A DNA stretch of 64,000 bases from Alkalispirochaeta sp. (GCA_965601925.1 OZ271854.1:352001-416000); one strand, 5' to 3'; positions 1 to 8,200 are shown, counted from the first letter of the stretch. A program made the numbers and translations. The notes: generated from the sequence alone by a model not told the origin.

Positions 1-617
1 TTTATACTCGTTCGTCCTCATTGTACGTATCGCCGTCGGGAAGCGTATCATCGTCGTCTCATCGGGACTCGCCCTTTAATGACGATTCTATCTTCCGCGA
101 GCAGCGTGTGCGCGTGTTCGATCATTGCAATGAGTTGTAGATCAATCCGTTCCGCGATACTTCCGGGGTAACTGCGAACGATTCTTCGACCGGCACTCGC
201 GGCATGGCAAGAATGACGATCGTCGACAAATCCCGTATTGTCGGGTTACACCATAGCCGGCTCTCCTCACCCGGTTTGAGCGCCTTGCGAGATAAACAGA
301 TGATACTCGAACCGGAACCCTATGGATGGTTGCCCCGCAACCTCAATGAACAGCGGTTGGTCCGTGGGAATCTCGCGTAGATTCAAGAGCTGTTCCGCGG
401 TCTCTATCCGGACGATTCAACGTCTTAAGACGCGATTGGATATGCAACCGGCGAGGCGTACTGCCAAGACGGGACACGACAACGTTTATCGAAGTATTTT
501 TTACAACGAGGCCCCCAAATTGATAATCCGTTTATTGCCTATCATGAGATTTTCCGATTGGTACCCGGAGTTCGATCAACGTCGATACGGTATCGGTGGC
601 CTCTCTGTAAACAATAC

Positions 618-648
618 TTGACAACTGGGCGTTCTCGTATGATCATAC
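618..648 (+). promoter_or_regulatory. Putative sigma70-type promoter with overlapping 12-bp palindrome upstream of the peptide gene
   Basis: Perfect TTGACA at 618-623 in an AT-rich intergenic region. Perfect palindrome GTATGATCATAC at 637-648 covers the expected -10 position (GATCAT at 17-nt spacing, TATGAT at 14-nt spacing). Confidence 0.45.
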
Positions 649-722
649 CATCGATACGAAAAAGTTAAGGTATATACTAAAAATATTCGGTAATATCTAT
701 GTATCAATGCAGGAGGTTTCAG

Positions 723-869
723 ATGAAGTGGCAAGGTTACAATGAGAAAGCGGCCGAGCGGATGAATGGATTTGTCGTCAGGATTATAAACAGTCGATCG
801 ATCCTCGTCCTGATCGCATTGGCGGCGATGGTGGTGGTCGCTGCGGCAACCAACAAGTGGGGCGGTTAA
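723..869 (+). CDS. Small 48-aa hydrophobic peptide, putative signalling-peptide precursor (MKWQGYNEKAAERMNGFVVRIINSRSILVLIALAAMVVVAAATNKWGG)
   Basis: Hand-translated; below the ORF-track size cutoff. AGGAGG at 711-716, 6 nt before ATG 723; TAA at 867-869. One 16-residue hydrophobic stretch (I27-A42) followed by a short polar Trp-containing tail. Same strand as, and directly upstream of, the HD-GYP and DUF5317 genes. Alternative start at M14 (762). Confidence 0.8.
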   Translation: MKWQGYNEKAAERMNGFVVRIINSRSILVLIALAAMVVVAAATNKWGG

Positions 870-1049
870 TCATCCGATTCCGGATTCGTTAGTTCGTTCA
901 CGACCAATAATCAATCTCGTTGCGTGATATACGTATCCCGTGGGTGTTGTTCGGCGTGTTTTTGGTGTTCGCTTAGCCCATAGGCGCAGGACCGTCGACC
1001 AGCCACCTCATTCTGTTCGTCGCGGAGGAATGCGTGTTATTATCCCGCA

Positions 1050-2333
1050 ATGAGCAGATGGGCGCGCATCTATATCGCCGCCGTGTGTTTCGGCAGCCTT
1101 GTAATACTCACTACCGGATCGATCGATCTCGATCTGAGACAAAATCTCGTGCCGATCATGCTTCTTACGGCGGCTTCGTTCCTCACTCAGGTTTACGAGC
1201 TTGAGATACTGCCCAAGTATCTATTCTCAACTCATATTGCGATAGCGACGACGGCGGCGTTCATCGGTGGAATGCCTCTTGCGATATGGGTCGTGGTTTT
1301 GTCCACGCTACCGGCGGAGATCCTCTTACGGTGGGACCATATCAATAGCAGCTTCGGCCGGTTTACCGCACCGGTCTTGTTCAACACCGGACAGGTGATC
1401 TTGAGCGTCGCCGCTGCAGCTACCGTTTTCGATGCGATGATCGATCTCATCCCGGCCGTAAATCATTCCTATTATGCGATGATTGCGTCCTTTCTGGCTT
1501 ACTTCTTCGCCAACAACTTCCTGGTTGCCGGTGTCATCGCATTGACCTCAGACGAACGATTTTTCAAGATCCTTCATTCCGGATTCAAGAATCTTTATTT
1601 GCAATTCCTCAACCTGGGAGTCTTGTCAATCCTTATGACTACCCTCTACAAGGTCTCTCCGGTAAACCTCGCGTTGGCCCTTGCTCCCCTCGCACTCGTA
1701 CACCACTCGACCCGCAACTACCTTCGGCTACGCCGTGAATCGCACCAAGCGTTCAAACGGATCACCGAGCTGTTGGCCGAACGGGATGAGTACACCGGTG
1801 CGCATTCCGACGAGGTGGAGGAGTTGGCGGTCAAGCTCGCGGGGGCGGCAGGGCTCACCGACGACGCGATCGAGGCTGTGCGAGCCGGCGCCGCCATTCA
1901 CGATATCGGTAAGATCGCGATACCCGACGCAATACTGAAAAAACAGGGTCCCCTCGATACTGAGGAGTTTGAGACGATGAAGCGACACACGATCATCGGC
2001 GCCGAAATCATCAAGGATCTCGATATCTACCGGAGCGTCGTGCCGATCGTTCGGCACGAACACGAACACTGGGACGGATCGGGCTATCCGGACGGGTTGG
2101 TTCGGGAGGCTATTCCGATCGGGGCGCGCATCGTCGCGGTTGCCGATGTGTACAGCGCGCTAAGGACCGAGCGAGCGTACCGACCTCCGCAAGGCAAACC
2201 GTTGAAGTACACACACAAAGAGGCGTGTCGCATACTGTCTGAGATGGCCGGAACGGTATTGGATCCACACTTCGTCGAGGTATTCCTTCGCGTCGTCGGT
2301 AACATGGTTCACGAAGAGACGGCGGGGGACTGA
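1050..2333 (+). CDS. Membrane-sensor (MASE9-like, about 7 TM) HD-GYP cyclic-dinucleotide phosphodiesterase
   Basis: N-terminal ~220 aa are multiple hydrophobic helices with FNxxQ and YFxxN motifs. C-terminal HD-GYP domain has RDEYTGAHS, HDIGK, H313, EHEHWDGSGYPDGL, ARIVAVADVY and RAYR. TG-t-TATTAT at 1035-1043 lies 6 nt before the ATG (leaderless-type start). Confidence 0.9.
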   Translation: MSRWARIYIAAVCFGSLVILTTGSIDLDLRQNLVPIMLLTAASFLTQVYELEILPKYLFSTHIAIATTAAFIGGMPLAIWVVVLSTLPAEILLRWDHINSSFGRFTAPVLFNTGQVILSVAAAATVFDAMIDLIPAVNHSYYAMIASFLAYFFANNFLVAGVIALTSDERFFKILHSGFKNLYLQFLNLGVLSILMTTLYKVSPVNLALALAPLALVHHSTRNYLRLRRESHQAFKRITELLAERDEYTGAHSDEVEELAVKLAGAAGLTDDAIEAVRAGAAIHDIGKIAIPDAILKKQGPLDTEEFETMKRHTIIGAEIIKDLDIYRSVVPIVRHEHEHWDGSGYPDGLVREAIPIGARIVAVADVYSALRTERAYRPPQGKPLKYTHKEACRILSEMAGTVLDPHFVEVFLRVVGNMVHEETAGD

Positions 2334-2335
2334 TA

Positions 2336-2914
2336 GTGATCGCATTGTGGGGAATTGTTTTCGGGCTGTTGATCGGATTCATTCGCGGGGGAAAACTCAA
2401 TAATCTCGGAGCTACTCGGTTACGGGGACTCTCTATCGTCTTCGTGGCCCTTGCCGTTCAGCTCCTCATCTTCCCTACGCCGTGGTGGCCCGAACCACCG
2501 GTGTCGCGGGCGACGGGTGCATTGCACCTTGGTTCCTACGCTCTGATGGTGACGTTCCTCATATTGAACCGTCGGTATACTCCCTTCTGGGGTGTTGCCC
2601 TCGGTATGGCGATGAATCTTACCGTGATAGCGGTAAACGGCGGTTACATGCCCGCGGATTTAGACGCTTTGAGAGCCACCGGACAGTTGGGGACGGTTCG
2701 CAAGATTCTGGCGTCCGTCGATCAGACCTACGGTAACGTGGTCGCGATGAGCGAAGCGACGCGTTTGAATTTTCTCGGCGATTGGTTGGTGGTTCCCCCC
2801 TGGGTGCCATTTGCCGCGAGCTTCAGCCTGGGAGACGCAGTGTTGATGGTTAGCGCTGCTTGGCTCGTCCAAGCACTTATGTCTGATCGAGAACGACGGA
2901 ACGACGACGGTTGA
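2336..2914 (+). CDS. DUF5317-family membrane protein; candidate LspA-like aspartic peptidase
   Basis: Family-typical motifs RGGxLxxL, N..NGGYMP, LxFLGDW and FSLGD; several TM helices. GTG start 2 nt after the HD-GYP stop, implying co-translation. Confidence 0.85.
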   Translation: MIALWGIVFGLLIGFIRGGKLNNLGATRLRGLSIVFVALAVQLLIFPTPWWPEPPVSRATGALHLGSYALMVTFLILNRRYTPFWGVALGMAMNLTVIAVNGGYMPADLDALRATGQLGTVRKILASVDQTYGNVVAMSEATRLNFLGDWLVVPPWVPFAASFSLGDAVLMVSAAWLVQALMSDRERRNDDG

Positions 2915-3254
2915 TGATGGGCCTTGTCCGCACGCATCAATAGATAATCACGTCACGGCGATTGACTCTTCCGTAGCGGGGTCCCACAGCGTTCGTATCG
3001 AGTTCCGTTTTCTCGATGCTCGGGCAGCGGCGCCGCAGCGTATCCAGGTTCACTACCGAGAGTACCAGGCCCTGGCGGTCTCCGACGTGTCTCGCCGCTT
3101 CGCCATAATCCGCGACGGTGAATAGCGCGTCTTCCCCCGTCCAAAGACGCCCTCGATCGGGTTTCGCGCATGCTGATCGTTACGAGCCTGATAGCGTTCG
3201 GCCCGCGTCGGATAACTTCTTCGGCCCGCCCCCAAAGGCGGTCCGCCAAGCCGT

Positions 3255-3549
3255 GTGCCGCGTGTTGTGCAATACCGTGCCGTCACGGTCGGTGATACGC
3301 CGCGACGTATTTGGAAACACATGCGGGGAAAGGATCGCGAAAGCCACGTCTACACCGTCGACTACCTGGATCAATCGACGAATGCGCGCCGAAGCGACTC
3401 GCGAGCAGCGAGCCCAACTTCGCGGGATCAACGTGGAGCTGACGACGATCAAGGACAACCTCGTGCGAGCCCGTAAAAAGGCGCATCAGTACGTCGCCAA
3501 GTCCGAGGAGATCGCACAACTCAAGAAACTGGGCATCACCGGGACGTAG
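3255..3549 (+). pseudogene. Probable frameshifted or 5'-truncated remnant of an unknown gene
   Basis: Protein-like text (WKHMRGKDRESHVYTVDYLDQS) in one frame continues in another frame as a helical C-terminus (AEATREQRAQLRGINVELTTIKDNLVRARKKAHQYVAKSEEIAQLKKLG) with host-like GC-ending codons. No convincing start. Confidence 0.3.
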
Positions 3550-3563
3550 CGGGCACGGCTCCC

Positions 3564-4382
3564 TTAGTGCGTCGCCAAGTCGATCCGTCGTCGCTCGGCA
3601 AGGCGATATGTCGTGAACACCTCGGCAAAGTGTCGCCGCAGAAGACGATCCATCGTTCCGTCCGCCGCGACCGCATGCAAGCCCCGTTCTATGGCTTGAA
3701 TGACGCAGGGCGAAACCTGGGGAGAAAAGTAGAACCGGAAATCGCGCGCGTATACCAAAAGCAGATTCGGCTCCACCTCGAGGTGGGGATAGTGCGGTGC
3801 CTCGGAAATCACCTCGGCGATGCCGCGCGGAAAATAGTCGATTCCGCGACCGCGATTGGCAACCATACCGAAGATATTGCGCGAGTCGGCCACCTCTACC
3901 ACGGAGAGACCGTTGACGTTCCATACCTGGGCGTCGTACCAGCCTTCACCTACGCCGGCCACAGCGTCGAGCGCTACGAGGTCGGCCACGGAACGGACGT
4001 CGCGATACCGCGCCGACTCGCCGCGCGGTATCAAAAACACGCGATGTCCGATCAAATTGTTGGTGACCGGCGCGTTAGCGACGCGATACGTACCGTTTCG
4101 CTCGACCGTCTCGACGTACCAATCGACGTCGATCAGATGGCCGGCTTCGAGTGCCGCCTGGCGCCGTAGCTGCGGAATATCGGGGATCGATTCGATCTCC
4201 AGACGAAGTCCCGCACGATCGGCCGCCGCGATGAGCAGTTCGTGATAATACCGATGGCCTTGATCCTCCGCACTCGGTACGCGCAGGGAGATCTGCGACT
4301 GAGCGTCCGTAACGGTGGCGAACAACATTAGTATAGCCCCCAATAGCGTGAGCCGATTGGGGACGACTCGAGATGCATGCAT
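3564..4382 (-). CDS. Periplasmic solute-binding-like protein (SBP family 3 / PBP2 fold), likely a sensory partner
   Basis: Signal peptide after ATG 4382 (GGGGGA RBS). Motifs GxRVFLI, GxGWYDAQVW, MVAxxGRGIDYFPRG and YFS are typical of orphan PBP2 proteins encoded beside GGDEF/EAL genes. Confidence 0.75.
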   Translation of the reverse strand: MHASRVVPNRLTLLGAILMLFATVTDAQSQISLRVPSAEDQGHRYYHELLIAAADRAGLRLEIESIPDIPQLRRQAALEAGHLIDVDWYVETVERNGTYRVANAPVTNNLIGHRVFLIPRGESARYRDVRSVADLVALDAVAGVGEGWYDAQVWNVNGLSVVEVADSRNIFGMVANRGRGIDYFPRGIAEVISEAPHYPHLEVEPNLLLVYARDFRFYFSPQVSPCVIQAIERGLHAVAADGTMDRLLRRHFAEVFTTYRLAERRRIDLATH

Positions 4383-4509
4383 AAAGACGAATCCCCCATG
4401 AGAAGTGGTGACACTATCCTGTGTCGGATGGGCACGGGCCCGTAGTGTGCTCGCGCGCCGTTCGGACCGGATTGACGCCGCCGCACGGAATGGTACCACC
4501 GGCGGGACG

Positions 4510-6486
4510 TCATGGGCAGCCCACCGTCTGGTCGCGCGCCAACGCATCCAAGCAACGATCGAGCGTGTCGGGGCGATGGAGGTGATAGCCCTGGCCGAGC
4601 TCAAAACCGGCCTCCAGAACGAGCTGAACGTGTTCGCGCGATTCGATTCCCTCGGCGAGGGCGGGTATACGCAACGCGCGCGCCAAGCCGGCGATCGACT
4701 TCAACACATGCTTGGACGCCCAGTTGTCGGCGGCGCCGGACACGAAGTGGCGGTCGATTTTGATCATACCGAAGCGATAATCATTGAGCCTCCGGAGCGT
4801 CGAAGAGCCGGCCCCGAAGTCGTCTATAACGATAAGAAAGCCGAGTTCCTGTAACGCCCGTACGGCGGCGACGTAGGCGGTGGAGTCGTTCCCGACCGAT
4901 GTCTCGGTCAGTTCGAACCGCAAGCGCCGCGGTAACTCGGGTCGCTCCGCGATAAGCGCACGAATGTCGTCGACGAGACGCTCGCTCAACAACTGGACGG
5001 GACTGAGATTGACGTTGACGAAGACACCGCCGTCGGTTCGTGCCGCGTCGATTCGCGTGATCGCATCCGCCGCCTGCCGTACCGCCCACCACCCGAGGTT
5101 TAGGATCTCACCGTTCTCCTCAGCAATGGGGATAAACACCGACGGCGGAATCATTCCCAACTCGGGGTGGGACCAGCGCACCAACAATTCATATCCCACG
5201 ACGCGCCTGACGCGCAGATCGACGATCGCTTGATAGTGCGCCGACAGCTGGCTTCGATAATCCGTTCCGGACATCGCCTGCTCCAGCGCGGTCCGCAGGG
5301 AGTGCTCGTGCCGCGCGGCGTCGTCATACTCCGCTACGGCCGAGCCGTGGGGCATCCGTACGGTGGCGCGAAGCCCGGCGTCGGCCCGTTTGCGCGCCTC
5401 GTTAACCTCCATGTCGATCGGAAACGAGGCGACGGCGGCGCGAACCCGAATACGAAACGCGCCGGTACGAAGATGGATCGGTCGCTCCATCACTTCGATA
5501 AGTCGCGCCGCTCGGGCCCGCGCAGCCGTGAGACCATCCAACTGGGCGACGGCGAAGAACTTAAAACCGTATCCGCGTACCAAAACGGCGCACGAGGAGC
5601 CGAGATTGGTGCGCGCGCGGGCCGCGAGCACACGCAACAACTCGTCGATCAAGTGTGTGTCGAGGAGCGAAACGAGTTCCGCCACGTGTTCGACCGACAG
5701 GGCGATCATGAATCTCGAGTGCCGGGGATGAGCCTTGCTCTCCGCCGCCGGTACCGGAACCTCCTCGTTCAGCGCTCGCAACAGCGGCAATCCGGTCGCA
5801 TAGTCATAGTATGCTTGATACCGCAGTCGACTCTGATCGAGCTGGAGGGAGCGCAACTCGCGCATGAGCCGTACACGATTGCCGCGACGATCAACCCCGT
5901 TCATGATCTCCATGAGTACCGCCAGCAACCCGACGATCAGAACCAACTGGCCGACGTAGAGCAATACGCTACCGACGATCGCTCGACCTACCGCGTCTTC
6001 AATGGAGGAACGATTCAACAGCACCGTGGCGTGTCCTATCGTCCGGTCCTGCCAATAGATCGGGGCGCGATACACGAACTGAGCCAGCCGCCGATCGGCT
6101 ATCCAACTCGGGCGAGCGATCGGGTTGCCGCCGGACGAAAAGAATATCCGCACCCCCTCGGAGTCGTAGGTCGCGGTAATGCGGCCGTTTTCGGACACCA
6201 CGGCACGCTCGATCTCACGGAGATTCTCCATGGCCGCCACCGCCCGCCGCATACCCTCATCGGACAGCGTCCAGAGAGGCTCGGCGACCGCAGCGGCCAG
6301 TGCACGCGCGAGCCGATCTCCGGCTGCGTGCAACTCCGCCCGCTGCCGCCGAACGGAGATGATGCCGAACAACACGATCGCGACCAATGCCCCCAACGCT
6401 ACAACGATGACGTGCGGCCGCATCGTCGACAACGCCGAGGTACGCGCCTCAGTCGAAACGTCTATTCGCTTCATCATCGGCTTCAT
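4510..6486 (-). CDS. Two-TM membrane protein with degenerate GGDEF and EAL phosphodiesterase domains
   Basis: EAL motifs HYQ..GYELLVRW, VNVNLS, FELTET, IDDFGAGSS, IKID, AEGIE and GQGY. The GGDEF position reads RGYGFKF. Start uncertain (6486 or 6423). Confidence 0.85.
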   Translation of the reverse strand: MKPMMKRIDVSTEARTSALSTMRPHVIVVALGALVAIVLFGIISVRRQRAELHAAGDRLARALAAAVAEPLWTLSDEGMRRAVAAMENLREIERAVVSENGRITATYDSEGVRIFFSSGGNPIARPSWIADRRLAQFVYRAPIYWQDRTIGHATVLLNRSSIEDAVGRAIVGSVLLYVGQLVLIVGLLAVLMEIMNGVDRRGNRVRLMRELRSLQLDQSRLRYQAYYDYATGLPLLRALNEEVPVPAAESKAHPRHSRFMIALSVEHVAELVSLLDTHLIDELLRVLAARARTNLGSSCAVLVRGYGFKFFAVAQLDGLTAARARAARLIEVMERPIHLRTGAFRIRVRAAVASFPIDMEVNEARKRADAGLRATVRMPHGSAVAEYDDAARHEHSLRTALEQAMSGTDYRSQLSAHYQAIVDLRVRRVVGYELLVRWSHPELGMIPPSVFIPIAEENGEILNLGWWAVRQAADAITRIDAARTDGGVFVNVNLSPVQLLSERLVDDIRALIAERPELPRRLRFELTETSVGNDSTAYVAAVRALQELGFLIVIDDFGAGSSTLRRLNDYRFGMIKIDRHFVSGAADNWASKHVLKSIAGLARALRIPALAEGIESREHVQLVLEAGFELGQGYHLHRPDTLDRCLDALARDQTVGCP

Positions 6487-6721
6487 CGGTGTACCGTAAG
6501 TCGATAGACAACGTCGGCGGCGTCCGACAGTCACTACACCGATCGGCGTGTGATATCAAGCTCACCGGCGTAGTCGGTAGATTTGCTCTTATTTCGATTA
6601 TCGTTTCCCTCGTCATCGCCGCCGTATCCGTGACGATTCGAAGCGCGGCGACATCTGAGAGCGCCCGCTCACGATCGTCTACCGCCCCGCTGCGTAACGA
6701 GGATGTACCGTTGTGTCGCAA
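6449..6721 (-). CDS. Possible small protein upstream of the EAL gene
   Basis: TTG start preceded by GGAGGGG; protein-like segment IIEIRANLPTTPVSLIS. Overlaps the candidate upstream starts of the EAL gene. Confidence 0.25.
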   Translation of the reverse strand: MRHNGTSSLRSGAVDDRERALSDVAALRIVTDTAAMTRETIIEIRANLPTTPVSLISHADRCSDCRTPPTLSIDLRYTDEADDEANRRFD

Positions 6722-7095
6722 TACCTATACCCCTCCGGTCCGGCAATGCGCGGACTACGCTCATAATTCGCCGGTCGGCAGTGCTCCGTCGATCCGTGCA
6801 TCTGCGCCGAAGCATACAATACGAGGGTTCCGTACGATCGCCTGTAACTGTCTTGCCGGAAATTTGTCGGTACTTGCTCCGGCGCGTGCGTAGCAAAGCT
6901 CCGTATTGCACTGCGTAGGTATCGCGACGGTTTGCTCGTCGGTTCCGGTTGCGATACTATTACAGAAGGTCGGGCCGCGGTCTTCTCCTCCGATGACGGC
7001 AATATTAGAGCAGGGAGACACGAGAGGGTCTCGCTCGACACACTGCGTATCGGCACACGCCGATCTTTTTCGGGGTGCGCCGGCAGGGAGTAGCG

Positions 7096-8070
7096 ATGAC
7101 CAGCGGGAGCACCGACATACACACGCTCACCACCCTACCGGCCGATCGACACGCCGAAACGCGCAGCAACTTCGCATTCTTCGACCGTAGTGGACGTCGC
7201 GTCGATGTCGGTAAAGTCGCCGCGTACTCGAGCGTCGGGCTGGACATTCCGCACGTCATTGCCGAATCGGGACACAACGACCATTGTATCCTGGAACAGG
7301 GGCACTCTCGCACGTTCATGCTTTTCATGCATCTGGAGCGTTCGACACCGATCGAGTTGTCGGCCGCGGGAATACATCGATCCTACGATATGCGCTACGG
7401 CCAGATCATATGGATACCTCCGAACGTCGAGTACAGCGTATACGGCGTGAATCCGTCGAGTTATATCGGGCTTGCGTTCGAGAGACGCTTCTTCGACGAG
7501 TTACCGATCGAGACGCGGCACTTCCGGTTCTCACAGCATGTACCGGACTACGAGATAGAGGACGCGCGGCTACGGCATGTGATGGGTGCGGTGCGCTCCG
7601 AGCTGGAGCACGAGTCGCCGCTTTCGACGATGATCCTACAGAGCCTTTTTACAACAGCCGCCGCGCTGCTGTTGGAACCCCAGGGTTTCGGGCCTGCAGA
7701 CCGACCGAAGCGGCACTTCGCACCGGACAGACGGCTTCAGAGGGTGGTCGATTACATCGACGCCAACCTCGGGTCGGAGCTGTCGATCGATGAGCTATCC
7801 GCCGTTGCGGGTATGAGCCGGTTCTACTTTGCACGAATGTTTCGCGAACAGACCGGCGACACGCCGAGGACATTCGTCATGAGTCGACGTATCGCCCGAG
7901 CGACGACGCTGTTGGCGTCGACCGACCTTTCGATCGGGGAGATCGCGTTGGGACTCGGGTTCGCCGACCATTCCCATTTCACCCGGGCGTTTCGCGCCCG
8001 ACTCGGTGTATCGCCCAGCGAGTACCGGGACGAACGGACCGGGAGATCGTTCGCGATGGCGGCGGGATAG
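7096..8070 (+). CDS. AraC-family transcriptional regulator
   Basis: C-terminal double HTH (LSIDELSAVAGMSRFYFARMFR...IALGLGFADHSHFTRAFR). GGGAG RBS before ATG 7096. Confidence 0.9.
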   Translation: MTSGSTDIHTLTTLPADRHAETRSNFAFFDRSGRRVDVGKVAAYSSVGLDIPHVIAESGHNDHCILEQGHSRTFMLFMHLERSTPIELSAAGIHRSYDMRYGQIIWIPPNVEYSVYGVNPSSYIGLAFERRFFDELPIETRHFRFSQHVPDYEIEDARLRHVMGAVRSELEHESPLSTMILQSLFTTAAALLLEPQGFGPADRPKRHFAPDRRLQRVVDYIDANLGSELSIDELSAVAGMSRFYFARMFREQTGDTPRTFVMSRRIARATTLLASTDLSIGEIALGLGFADHSHFTRAFRARLGVSPSEYRDERTGRSFAMAAG

Positions 8071-8200
8071 ATCGGAAACTCGCCCTCCGGCGTGACCGTC
8101 CGTACGGCGACGCTTTCGGTCCGCGGCTCGGTGGTGCCGCGTTTTTCTCTCGGACTCCTCGGCGGTCGGGCGACGTTACGCAGAGTCGCTCAACGGGCGA

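Noticed and set aside
322..621. 99-aa ORF upstream of the peptide gene
   Set aside because: No RBS, no recognisable motifs and atypical composition; it overlaps the AT-rich promoter-like region.
723..869. Peptide as a type I toxin, attenuator leader, lipoprotein or AgrD/RiPP precursor
   Set aside because: No Cys (so no lipobox or thiolactone), no regulatory codon run, no modifying enzymes nearby and no evident antisense RNA. A toxin or simple membrane-modulator role is not excluded but fits the gene context less well.
1024..1052. GGAGG plus an out-of-frame GTG (1034), suggesting a frameshifted HD-GYP start
   Set aside because: An extended -10 (TGtTATTAT) 6 nt before ATG 1050 explains the start as leaderless, matching other genes in the window; no frameshift is needed.
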